Below, piece after piece: positions 24,329-36,074 of a DNA stretch of 64,000 nucleotides (the first letter of the stretch is position 1; every line of letters starts with the position of its first letter). The stretch is from Glycera tridactyla (lineage: Eukaryota), in the NCBI GenBank assembly GCA_965644265.1, contig OZ286467.1, positions 51,770,001 through 51,834,000 on the forward strand, written 5' to 3'. The notes under the pieces are model-generated. The model saw nothing but the letters and a program-made list of their open reading frames with translations, was not told the DNA's origin and searched no databases. Made by a program: the position numbers and the translations under genes.

Positions 24329-24451
24329 CTATCACTGAAAAAATGTGTGTGAATGTGAGTGCCAGGTTTCGTGATACATTGACCTCAGGGGGTAACACAC
24401 TGCCAGCGCTCTGGCTTAACTGCGTCCATTGCAAATCCATTTTTGTGGATC

Positions 24452-24545
24452 TGCCGTGGTGTAGAGGACAAGAGCGTTGGCAGTTTGTTGCCGGCGAGGA
24501 TGCCAAACTGGAAGGTTGATGGTTCAAATCCCATACAAGCCAAAA
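24452..24545 (+). mobile_element. tRNA-derived SINE head (not a functional tRNA)
   Basis: A-box-like TGGTGTAGAGG and B-box-like GGTTCAAATCC; no acceptor stem could be formed. Confidence 0.4.
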
Positions 24546-24862
24546 AATAATTTGGGCGTTTGGAACACATTTCATGGACCTGTTGCCAGTACAATCTGGA
24601 AATATGTCTTTGACATGATTTCTATCACTAAAAAAATGTGTGTGTGTGTGCATGTGTGTGTTTGTGTTACAGGGCACTACGTTGACCAAGATATTCAAGA
24701 GCCAGCTGGCTCCTAAATCGAAATTTTTGCTAGCAAGTGCAGAATTTTGTTAGCCAGTCAATGCATTGCCAATTACAAGCTCTCAAAATCTGGCTCCTAA
24801 CTTTTGAAATATGGTGGCCGGATGGTAAATTTGGTAGCCATTGCCTACCCACAGGTAGCAAC

Positions 24863-25038
24863 NNNNNNNNNNNNNNNNNNNNNNNNNNNNNNNNNNNNNN
24901 NNNNNNNNNNNNNNNNNNNNNNNNNNNNNNNNNNNNNNNNNNNNNNNNNNNNNNNNNNNNNNNNNNNNNNNNNNNNNNNNNNNNNNNNNNNNNNNNNNNN
25001 NNNNNNNNNNNNNNNNNNNNNNNNNNNNNNNNNNNNNN
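24863..25038. other. Assembly gap
   Basis: N run. Confidence 1.
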
Positions 25039-26091
25039 GTGTGTAGTTGCATGTAATGTCCAGGTAATTCTAGCATTCTTTGAATTCAAAAGACAAACTC
25101 ATGATATTTGTTCAGGAAAAAACATGTATATTCCAACATATTATATCTGCATATCACATCATTCAAAAGCTGGAAGTCCTCCAAAATCATCCAAAACAAA
25201 AACAAAAAAAGCATTCAGTGTTGAACTGGTCTGTCTTTTCACAATTTGTGAAAGAAAATATATGATGATAATTTATCGATAGCATCACAAACTTTGTAAC
25301 ATTTGGACAACATTGAATTTAGAATCTGCAAACCTCGCAATCAGTCTCAAAATTTTTACCAACCTTCAATGTCACAATATCAACTCATGATGCCTGAACC
25401 TACATGAATTTCTGATATATATATGCAACATTTCTGACCAATTCATAGGATCACTACAGAAGGAGAGCATCTGCCACCACTTTACCACATTCACTCCCCC
25501 TTGCATGATTGATCTCACACAAATAATGATATACATACATGAAAATCAGCAGTTGGGATAAATCCCACTTTTTCTGTGAAATCATCTGAAATTTATTTAT
25601 GCTACTGCAATGTCAAAACTTGATTCAAAAGACACAGGTTGTCATTTCTTTCATTTCGTTTCCTGATTTCAATCACACCCTATCTCTTCCGAGCCATGAG
25701 TTGTGAAAGACCTGTTCTCGTGTTTCGGATTTCTCAAGAGTACAGTGAAATCTACGATCAGAGACCACATCAGATGTAGTCAGATATACCTCTGATATAA
25801 GCTAATCTCTGGAGGGCTTGCTTCATGGTCAAATTTAAGGTGCAATTTCACTTTGTCAGGAAATTTCAGGGATGGAAAGATTTTTCATAGTGTTGGCATG
25901 AAGTGATGAAACCTGCGTCTTTCTTGTCATGTTTGACCTATGAACCTTGCCTATAATTAGTGAATACTACATAAATTGTGATGGTCAAGAATACAGAGCC
26001 TTACACCACACATGTATACAACCCATGTATAGCAGGACTTCATAGCTGGACGGAAATATTGACAGGGACTCAAAGGGGCATACTCATGTTG

Positions 26092-26248
26092 NNNNNNNNN
26101 NNNNNNNNNNNNNNNNNNNNNNNNNNNNNNNNNNNNNNNNNNNNNNNNNNNNNNNNNNNNNNNNNNNNNNNNNNNNNNNNNNNNNNNNNNNNNNNNNNNN
26201 NNNNNNNNNNNNNNNNNNNNNNNNNNNNNNNNNNNNNNNNNNNNNNNN
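26092..26248. other. Assembly gap
   Basis: N run. Confidence 1.
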
Positions 26249-27349
26249 CATATATGACATCCCCTCCACTACATTTATCAATTATCAATATATTTGTGAA
26301 TGGGCACTCACATATATGTTTGGAATCCCCTCTCTCCCCCCCCCCCCACACACACACATGTACTTCTGTACACAGCAGCCCCAACCCTGCCCCACACAAA
26401 ACACACACATATACACTCCCACACCCGCATTCACAAAGGAATGCAATGTGTGCATTGTGAGAAGCCTTCAAGTGCTGTTACTATTTCCAGATCTAGTCAA
26501 TAGTTTGATTTGGCCATATTTGCTACCAAATTTCCAGCATGCGTACAGAGAAAAGGAGAAAGGAAGGAAAAAGCTGTGAAGAAATAGGAATTTTTATTCC
26601 ATTATAGCAAGCCCCCGTGATGATGGATGAAAGGAGACATTGAAGTATAAATAAGATAGTGAGAATACTGAGAATGAATGAATAAGAATGAATAAATAAA
26701 GAAGCCATGATCATGAAGAATATTGTCAGTTCAGAGCAGCACTAAAGTGAAACCTGCGACAAGAGGCCAACCAGGATGTTGCCAAAAAGCGGTCTCCCGA
26801 AAGAGGTGGTCTTGTCAGAGGTATGTTTGACATAGTCAAATGAGAATGCTGCCCTGGAAAAGTGGTCTTCCGTCGGAGGTGGTCTCTTGTCAGGGGGTCT
26901 CTCGTTGCAGGTTTCGCTGTACATGAATATATCTATTGCTGACTTAATCAGCCATATGTCGCAATAATTCACCCAGTTTCATGTCATTTTGTGCATATAT
27001 GTGATGACAGTGAGGCATTGAAAGAGTTGGTCTCAGACGAGAATAGATGTGATAAAAATCGAGGTCATCCGAGATAAGTAACTGAGGCTGAAACTGTCAA
27101 TTCTGCAGTTGCTGCGAATCAACATTGATATTTTTGAAAGTATGAAATGATATGTAAGAAATTTTGAATAGTTCTTGGAGAAAACGACAGAAGCTGGATG
27201 CTTTTGGATAATGCTGCAGTTATGCTTTGAACAGGCAGAACTGTGTATGATTCTGAACTGATTCATTGATCATGTCTTGCAATACTGATATTATCTCATT
27301 TATACACGAACAATTACCCCCTAAAAATCATTTCTCTTGGACCATTCAT

Positions 27350-28746
27350 TCTTTTGTGTCTCGTACGTACATACGTCCGTCCGTCCGTCCGTCCGTCCGT
27401 CCGTCCGTCCGTCCGTCCGTCCACTCACATTTCATGCAATAACTTTGGATTGGCTGGTCCAATTTTCATAAAACTTAATGACTGTGATCTATGTAAAAAT
27501 CGTATTCGAGAATTTGATTTTCGTACCCAAAGGTCAAAGGTCAAGGTCACAGGAGCTATTTATAGATTTTCTTATTTTACACTCTAACTCAAGTTAGCCT
27601 CAATGGATATGCACCAAACTTACACAATGTAATGACCTAATGGTAGGCCACCTCCCTTTCGATGCATGTGACCCCAGGTCGAAGGTCAAGGTCACAGGAG
27701 CTATTTATAGATTTCCCCATTTTACACTCTAACTCATGCGAGCTTTGATGGATATGCACCAAACTCACACAAAGTAATGACCTAATAGTAGGCCACCTCC
27801 CTTTCGATGCATGTGACCCCAGGTCAAAGGTCAAGGTCACAGGAGCTATTTATAGATTTCCCCATTTTACACTCTAACTCATGCGAGCTTTGATGGATAT
27901 GCACCAAACTCACACAAAGTAATGACCTAATGGTAGGCCACCTCCCTTTCGATGCATGTGACCCCAGGTCAAAGGTCAGGTCACAGGAGCTATTTATAGA
28001 TTTTCCCATTTTACACTCTAACTCGAGCAAGCTTCAATGGATATGCACCAAACTTACACAAAGTAATGACCTGATGGTAGGCCACCTCCCTCACGATGCA
28101 TGTGACCCCAGGTCGAAGGTCAAGGTCACAGGAGCTATTTATAGATTTTCCCATTTTACACTCTAACTCAAGCCAGCTCTGATGGATATGCACCAAACTT
28201 ACACAAAGTAATGACCCAATGGTAGGCCACCTCCCTTTCGATGCATGTGACCCCAGGTCAAAGGTCAAGGTCACAGGAGCTATTCATAGATTTTCCCATT
28301 TTACCCTCTAACTCAAGCGAGCTCCGATGGATATGCACCAAACTTTCACAACGTAAAGACCCAATGGTGAAATATCTCCCATTTGATGCATGTGACCCTG
28401 CATCAAAGGTCAAGGCCATAGGAGCTATTTTTGAATTCCCGCATCCCACACAATGACTCGGGCTAGCATTGTTGGATGAAGATCGAACTGATCTGGGATG
28501 ATCAAGCAATGTTACAACATCTCCCTCACAATGCATGTGACCCTAAGTCATAGGTCAAGGTGAAGGTATCAGGTGCTACTGTTGGATTTTCTTATTCTAC
28601 ACAGTGATCCAGTGACTTATTACATAGCCAACCAAACATCTCAATTACCTTTTCCGATATGGGTTACCCACTGTGCTCCAGGGTGCGATATGGGTTACCC
28701 ACTGTGCTCCCGTGTGCGGGGTATATTGCCCCTCTGTGGCCTTGTT
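27350..28746 (+). mobile_element. HINE-like element: (GTCC)n microsatellite followed by about 7 tandem units of about 145 bp
   Basis: (CGTC)n at 27375-27422. AAGGTCACAGGAGC recurs at 27543, 27688, 27833 and onward. 3' end GGGGTATATTGCCCC hairpin plus CCTTGTT. Confidence 0.7.
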
Positions 28747-30249
28747 TGAGAAATTGTTTCACATCAGCATGACTAAAAGTGTGTATCGTGTGAATTGAAC
28801 ACATGTTAATTATCATATCAAATCAATCATAATCTTATCTCATTTCATTCACTTTCAATTAGGGCTACCAGTGACTTTCAATGACTACCAAATTTACCCT
28901 CTGACTACCATATTTTAAAAGTTAGAAGCCAGTGGCCCCTAACATTTTGAGAGTTTGTAATTGGCAATGTATTTACTGGCTACCAAAATTATGTTCTGGC
29001 TACCAAAAATTTCAACTTAGGAGCCAGTTGACTATTGAATATTTTGGCCAAAGTAGAACCCTGTCAGTAAATAAGGACTTATTGGTCAAGCACAGCTGAG
29101 TCCCTGAGATTCACAAGTCAACTGGCAGTTATCATGCTCTTCTGTAATCTGAGATGAAAGTTCTGATGATGTTTTTTCATGAATGAAATGGCTAATCGAT
29201 CTGAAATACATTCCTGACTCTGTCATATCCTTATTTGGACTCACATGATGCATCACAGGACCCACTCTGAACAGTCAGCTGACGATCCAAGGATGCATCA
29301 TCATTCTGGTGAAATTGCATCCCTGCCCTGGTATTATATCATAAACACCCATGAATATCTTTGAGCATCCATGAACATCCATGAAGACACATGTACACCC
29401 ATGCCACCGACGAAGAGATTGTTTTGAAATACCAACTGTTGTCACTAATAATTGGGGTTTAGTCAAGTGTGCGTTTTGATTGGGCATTCTGATTTAGATA
29501 GCATGCAGTTAATTTGAGGGGTTGAATACCCCTGAAAGCTGTGATCAGAGACCCCCTGGATGGGGATTACCCTCTGAGGTTGATGCAAATGAGACCTCTC
29601 TATAGAGACCCCCAATAGAGACCAGCCCTTGGACAAGATCAGTTTTAGAGACTGTTGCAAGATAGCTACACTACTGACTCTCTTCACTGTGTATTCCATC
29701 ATGATTGATAAGAAATTAAGGAGGAAAATCTGTTTTTGTGTGGCTCTTCATCCACAGGGATGCATTTTGTCTTACCGGTAATCACCAGTAGACATTTGAA
29801 GGTAGCAAGTATACAATGCAGTGACATTCCTTCTAGAATTCTCAATATTCATCTCATATTTTAGCTTGATAGTCCAAATTGTAGACACTGAAAATCCTGA
29901 TTGCCTACCGCATTTTTTCACGATAATGCACAGTGGATTCAATGAGAGACCTCTTGTTTTAGAAACCACCTGTTTTAAAGACCACTTTCAGACCTATTTT
30001 ACATTGCCGAATATACCTCTGAAGAGGGATCACTTTTTTTGTAACACCTCTTTTGATGATATTTAGAGTGGTCCCTCATCAGGGGTTGCGTGGTACAACC
30101 AAAACAGGTGGCCTGATCAGAGGTGCATTTGACTATCGCAAATTGAAATGCATCACGGAAGTGGTCTTTCAAGAAAGGTGGTCCCAGTCAGAGTTTCTCA
30201 TCACATATTCAATAGTATCATGGAGTATTTGAGAGGAATAGACTGAGCT

Positions 30250-30880
30250 AGACATAATGCGAGAAAACTGCAGACTTAAATTGTTGCATCATCATTTTGG
30301 GGCTTCCAACTTCTATCAAGCCGGGTAAGCAGCAATTTGTTTGAAGGTAAATATGGAGGGAAATGGATGGTATAGGATCTAAAGAGGCCTTCGGTGTGAC
30401 CACTGCTAGGATCAAACAGAAAGGATCAGTCTCAACCCACGTCTGGAAGGGAGTCAACATTGGCGGTTCTCCCTGTTACCTGTGTGTCAACAGATACTGG
30501 GACTGGGCTCTTGGGGCAGCGTACACAAACGCAATATTAGTCTTGCTTCGATCAAATAGGATATTTCAATTGAATCCTTCTTTCAGAATCCACCAGCCGA
30601 AGGCGGCACTAGTCATCCGCGAAGCTGATGAATGTGGAAAATCGTGACGTAATCGCAGTTGACACAATCCGCAAAAGCTAAACAATCCCAACTGGTGACC
30701 GTACCTTGGGGGTTCTTTGAAAGGACACAATAAGGTTTGACGACGAACGTTAAGCTTGTTGAGGTGCTGGTGAACTAGGGTCAGGCCCACCTGACTTCCG
30801 TCACTCGCCCGACCATCTGTAAATATGCATGGTAACACAGAGTGAGCTGTTATTACGCCCACAGCTATTGTGACCATTCA
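30250..30880 (-). mobile_element. Decayed non-LTR retrotransposon reverse-transcriptase fragment
   Basis: PQGTV (about 30702-30711) and FADD (30612-30623) lie about 29 codons apart, followed by W..N.LF..SKT. Interrupted by frameshifts and stops. Confidence 0.5.
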
Positions 30881-31679
30881 ATGGCCAGGGCATTGTGTGG
30901 GGGCCATAGCTGCTCAGTGCCCGCTGAGAGTGGGTAATTAGCCCTCATAAAATCACTCCCAGAAATGACCAAGAATGAGACTGAATGAATCGGCTGAAAA
31001 TGTAATATCGATATGTTGCCCATGTAATGTTGAGTCTAGGTCAAACGCCCTTCTTTGGGTTGAACTTCATTAAACCAATCAGTCAATCAATCAATTGATC
31101 AATCACCTGTTTCCATCAAGCGAAAGACTTATTCAGCTCCGAGCTGTGATTTAGGCTTCGACCAGTATTGTGGCTTTCAAATATGGAAATTGAACTCCAA
31201 GAACTTTTGACAAATTTGGAAGCAGTGACGTGAATTGTTTGGGGCTCTGGGAATGCACGGAGTAACATATTGATTGATGTCAAGTTGTGTAGTACTTGCT
31301 TTGTCGCTAAAATGATTTACCTGATACTCCTGATGGTGTTTGCATGACAGGTATTGTTCAACATTCTAAGTCTGGCTGTGGTAGTTGAGCATTAGATTCA
31401 TTCCTAGCTCAAATTAACTAACCTATCTTGAACTTGAAAATTAGCCCAGGGCGCTAAGACATTGGAAAATAGATGGCTGAAATCACCGAAACCCGTCAGA
31501 GAATTTGACAAATATGCTTCGCTTTTGCAACTTTTTAGATGGAATCCAACAGAAATATGAGCAGAACAGCCCACCCGAAAAAGTCATTTGACTTTGAGAT
31601 CCTCCCGCCCGATTGCGATTCCGGCATGCTCGGGACATTCTGGAGGCGATCTCTTCACGCCCTGTTAGCCTAACAAATA

Positions 31680-31822
31680 CAGTCGAACCTGCTCTAAAGA
31701 CCACCTGAGCTGCGACCGTGGTAGTATTTTCAACAGTAAATGACCTCACTAAGAATACCACCTGCCCATAAAGACCGCTTTTTGATGCAACCGAAGGCGG
31801 TCTTTATAGACAGGTTCGACTG
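31680..31822. mobile_element. TA-flanked MITE
   Basis: Perfect 12-bp terminal inverted repeats CAGTCGAACCTG/CAGGTTCGACTG. Confidence 0.8.
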
Positions 31823-34822
31823 TACATCAAATTCTTCAGAGGCAAGTGTTGCTGGTAGTTTGCACTCTGTCTAGAATTTTGCACTAGAATCTATTTGTAG
31901 CTTATTGGATCCACACACCCCCAATGTCTGTGTGTCGAATGAACATGGTCTCAGACATATGTCTGTGATGTTATTTTGTGCCACTGCTTGCTTCTCAGTA
32001 CAGCAAAATATATGATAATCACAGAGCGGAGGAGCAGGTGACATGCAGTGCACTGTTATATGGAGTCTGCTGTTTATAGATTAATCTTGAACACATGTGA
32101 AATGTGCCTATGAATTGATCTTGAAAACCATTAATTCGAGCTGAGGCATTGATCATAGCCTCGACAGCTGGACATAATATGCCCTCAAACCAAGATTGCT
32201 GCCATATGTGGTTGACTTGGTAGTAACCTATTGTAAGCCATTCATAGTGGAACCTGCCTCAAACTTGTCCTATATCTAGCAAGATCCTGCATTGAAAGCA
32301 AAAGCCCTTTATTTACCCTACCAAAGTACAGTTGAACCTGCTTGAGAGACTACGATGATGTAAAGGCCACCTGCCTACAAAGACCACCCTGTGCAGCAAC
32401 CATGATAGTATTCTCTACTGTAGATATCTCCACAAAGGTCATCTCTCTGAAAAGACCACATTCTGATAAGATCAAGGGTGGTCTTGGATTCTCCTTGATT
32501 CTCCTTTTGATTCCCCTGCACTTTACATGATCCACTTATTTTCTTTCCCAGTGTGATAAGTTCCAGACTGATCTAACTCTATATAGACTAGATCTATCTA
32601 TTAGGTATCAGCCTATGTCTCCTCGGGTGAGTTACACACATGTATTCTTTCAAAACAACAGATTGTATGAAGGTGCCCAAAACATCACAAGAATACATTT
32701 ACAATGCATCATCTATATTTGTGAAATCATGTAATAACAGTGAAACAAACAGACAAAAATGTGGTCAATACAAATGGAATGAAATATCTGTTGAACAATG
32801 GAGCCATTCTTCTGTATGACTGAAGCTTTTAATGATGACCTGAATGATCGAATGTCTGTGAGAGAAATGCTCAATAAAATGGTGGAGCAATTGAAAATGA
32901 CCTAAGACATCTTACTTAATGAAATGATGATGTACCGAGCAAATATATCACACATTTGATATTACAGAACATCTGAGATGGCCTGTATAATCGCATCATC
33001 ACTATTTTTCTGTGATCATCATATTTCACATCATGTTATCATTTGAAATTACAGTCGAACTTGTCCCAAGTGTTGAGTATGACTTGTGCGAAGCATGAAT
33101 TTGCCCAAAGTTTTCCATCGCTTGTCATTGCTTCATGCTTTGGACCAGTTCAACTGTATGGCTACTGTAGCCAAGGACACAGTGAGATTACTTCTGTTGC
33201 TATGTCCTGGATGTAAACCCAATCAGTCATTAGTTTATGTGATTCAAAACAGTTGTGATAATTCTCCGGCATTCACTCATTTAGGTCCCAAACAGTGACT
33301 TTTGAAAAAAATAAAGAGGATTCCAACACAGATACAGCTGATAACTGGAACTTGTATCAAACACACATTCAGATAGAAATATTTCATAAAAGCAATCATT
33401 CATCCATTCTTCATAAGTGTCTACTCAAACTCGGTTCTATATATATATATACAGGAGCGGGCAAGAACGAAACATGGCCATCATTGGCTGTTTGCATACG
33501 GACACTATACACACACGGGATTCGAACATTCTAGAAATGATGTGAGTAATGAACAGGTATAAAAACAACATATCAAACTGGTCGGAGGCACTGTGGCAGG
33601 ATTTGAGTCATTTCATTTTCATCTCATCAGGTACCGGACACCTGACGCCTGAACACATGTTTATCTTGTGAGAAATGCTGTCGTAAAAATGAGCTGGGCT
33701 GAGTGTAATTTCTTGGACCTTGTATAAAAGAATTGTACCAAATTTGAGTTTGTTCGAGAGCATTATTGGGAGCCTTTCTTGATCTTGTGGCCGTAACAAG
33801 AAATCATACTAGTGATGGATTAAATTTATATCCCACTGGGTGACATTTCTGTTGTAATATTGTGATGATGAGTTGAATTCATACAAAAAAGCACCAAGTG
33901 GGATAAATTTATTCTATCACTGACATAGTTTCTTGCTTTTATACCACATCTACTCCTAATGAATAAGCTTGTGACAGGGTTTGGAACATATCCTGTGTAT
34001 GTCACACTTTCATATTTAACTGTGACCTATATGATATAGAATTGTGGCCTTCTCCAAAGGCCGCCTTATCACATAAGTACAGGAATGAGAAACATGAGAA
34101 ATGTCTTTCCAAAAATTGTCAGGTTTGAGAAACTACACTCAGGCCAATTATGCTGCTGAACCTTCGCAATATGGTTCATGTCGAACACAGTCTATTGAAC
34201 ACCCTATTCTGTACCACGCACCCGTTTTACTGGTTTCGTCCCGCATCTACATGCGAAGGGGACGCAATCTCAACTCGTTGGTTGTGTTAAAACATGCAAA
34301 ATTACTACACTAGCAATATAAAAAAACTCATCTAGCGGAGGAAGAAACATCATTGGAAAGTTGATCAGTTGAAGAAAGGAATTACCATGTTACCCCAAGT
34401 ATGGAATTACCATGATATCTCAAGATATCAGGACACCATTTGCAATGATTGCATCGTTGAGTTGAAGGCATCTGTTTTGTAGTCCCATTTTACTTTGTGT
34501 TCAAGTATGGTATGAAACTTCATGTGATAATTTCTGTCAAGGCACGGAACATATTATCAATGCTGAATTCCCTTGTAATACATCTGAAAATAGCGCTTTT
34601 ATCAGCGCAACAATGCTGCTACTCTTCAGGAGGAGTAATCATACCGTAATTATGTATGCTATGATAAATGGTTGCAGTTTCTAACTCCTTGCAATAAATA
34701 GATTATAAATATAGTCATTATGAAAATCACTTTCACCACAGCCTATCTCAGACTGACTGAACATTACTGTGAAAACTGATTGGACGAAGATTACGAGAGA
34801 TCAATTTGAAATCAGCGAATTT

Positions 34823-34828
34823 TTTATT
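34823..34828 (-). promoter_or_regulatory. Candidate polyadenylation signal of gene B
   Basis: AATAAA on the minus strand about 140 nt downstream of the stop codon. Confidence 0.5.
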
Positions 34829-34967
34829 AAAGCTCAGATTTGAAGTTTTCACTCCCTTGTTAACCAATCCATTCAAACACAGTGCCGGAGGTGATAGCCG
34901 TGTGTTGATTGGAAGGAGGTGGCAGTGAACTCAGTTTGGGTACAGAATAGGTTAGACAGGTTTACCA

Positions 34968-36074
34968 TTAAGACATTGCTTGAAGCTGTTTGTATACATT
35001 GCGTTGATTCTGAGGAATCATTGCGGCAAGTTCAAGAGAGTCCCGTATCTTGCATAGCATTTCATAGTTTTCAAGACCACGCACTTCGATAGAAAAGACA
35101 TCACCATCCTCCAACTTACGTTTTTTGGCACTTGGGCCGGACAGCGCATTTGTAATGTTCATTTTAATGTTTGGACGCTTCTTAGATGCGGGTGATGGAT
35201 TCACGGCTTTTTCGTCTGATCGACGATCACGTCCTGGACAAGCACAAATTCTGACCTCCACTGCGTGGCGACCAAGAACCATACCTTCGTTCTCGAGTGT
35301 GAAGATGAGTTGGAGTGGACGGCGATTGAGACCCCCAACGCAGGAACTAAAGCACATGAATTGGAAGAGATTTGTGACCCATTGTGCCCCAGCTTGTGGT
35401 TCTTCATGTGGAATGACAACGCTCAAACGACCGCTGTTGCTGTCGTCAGCATATCGTGCAAGTTTGTGTTCACAACGGACCAAATGGTGTGGAGCGAGAT
35501 GTCCGTCATTATGCTCGGACGACGTAGCATGATTCGGGCAACGTTTCACCACCTCCTGAACATGTTCGGGTTTTATGTAGACTGGCATAGCACGAATGAT
35601 CGTTCCTGGTGGTGGCACTTTCGATGTACTGAACCGTACAGGGCAAGGAGCTGCCATTCGGACATAAAGCTTTTTCAGTTCAGCTGAATAAGTCCACGTC
35701 GTGGATTTTGTCTCTTTCATCTCTGGCTGCGGGAATGACATTTGGAAGCCATAATCGCCAGTATAGGCGGTGTTGGAGGGTACGGTCTGTGCCCCTTGGA
35801 AGACATCCAGAGTGTAGCTCTGTGTGGGTATCGTATGATCGTCATCGCTGTAAGTGCTAGAGCTTCGATCCAGACTCACGTCGTCGCTCATCTGTGACTG
35901 GGACGGACTGATTGGCATGAGGAAATCATTGATACCTGTATCGAGCTCATAGGGGCTGTCCTTCCCATGGCTGCGGGCCGTCAGATTCGATGTATGTTGT
36001 GTGGTTGTGAACTCACTCCCATCGTTCACCTCACCGAGGGTGTTCCACAGATAGTTGAACGCGTCGATCGACAT
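34968..36074 (-). CDS. p53: p53-family gene B, single coding exon (368 aa from [10 protein letters not shown]): TAD, DBD, NLS and tetramerisation domain; no SAM domain. The exon probably starts at the splice acceptor at 36097.
   Basis: [116 protein letters not shown]. Acceptor ttgcttgttgtAG|GT lies 8 codons upstream of the Met. Confidence 0.97.
   Translation of the reverse strand: MSIDAFNYLWNTLGEVNDGSEFTTTQHTSNLTARSHGKDSPYELDTGINDFLMPISPSQSQMSDDVSLDRSSSTYSDDDHTIPTQSYTLDVFQGAQTVPSNTAYTGDYGFQMSFPQPEMKETKSTTWTYSAELKKLYVRMAAPCPVRFSTSKVPPPGTIIRAMPVYIKPEHVQEVVKRCPNHATSSEHNDGHLAPHHLVRCEHKLARYADDSNSGRLSVVIPHEEPQAGAQWVTNLFQFMCFSSCVGGLNRRPLQLIFTLENEGMVLGRHAVEVRICACPGRDRRSDEKAVNPSPASKKRPNIKMNITNALSGPSAKKRKLEDGDVFSIEVRGLENYEMLCKIRDSLELAAMIPQNQRNVYKQLQAMS

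Noticed and set aside
24452-24545. Intron-containing tRNA gene
   Set aside because: No acceptor-stem pairing and an imperfect T-stem; better explained as a SINE head.
35558-35567. Perfect p53 half-site GAACATGTTC inside gene B
   Set aside because: A single half-site explained by the EHV codons; no partner half-site.
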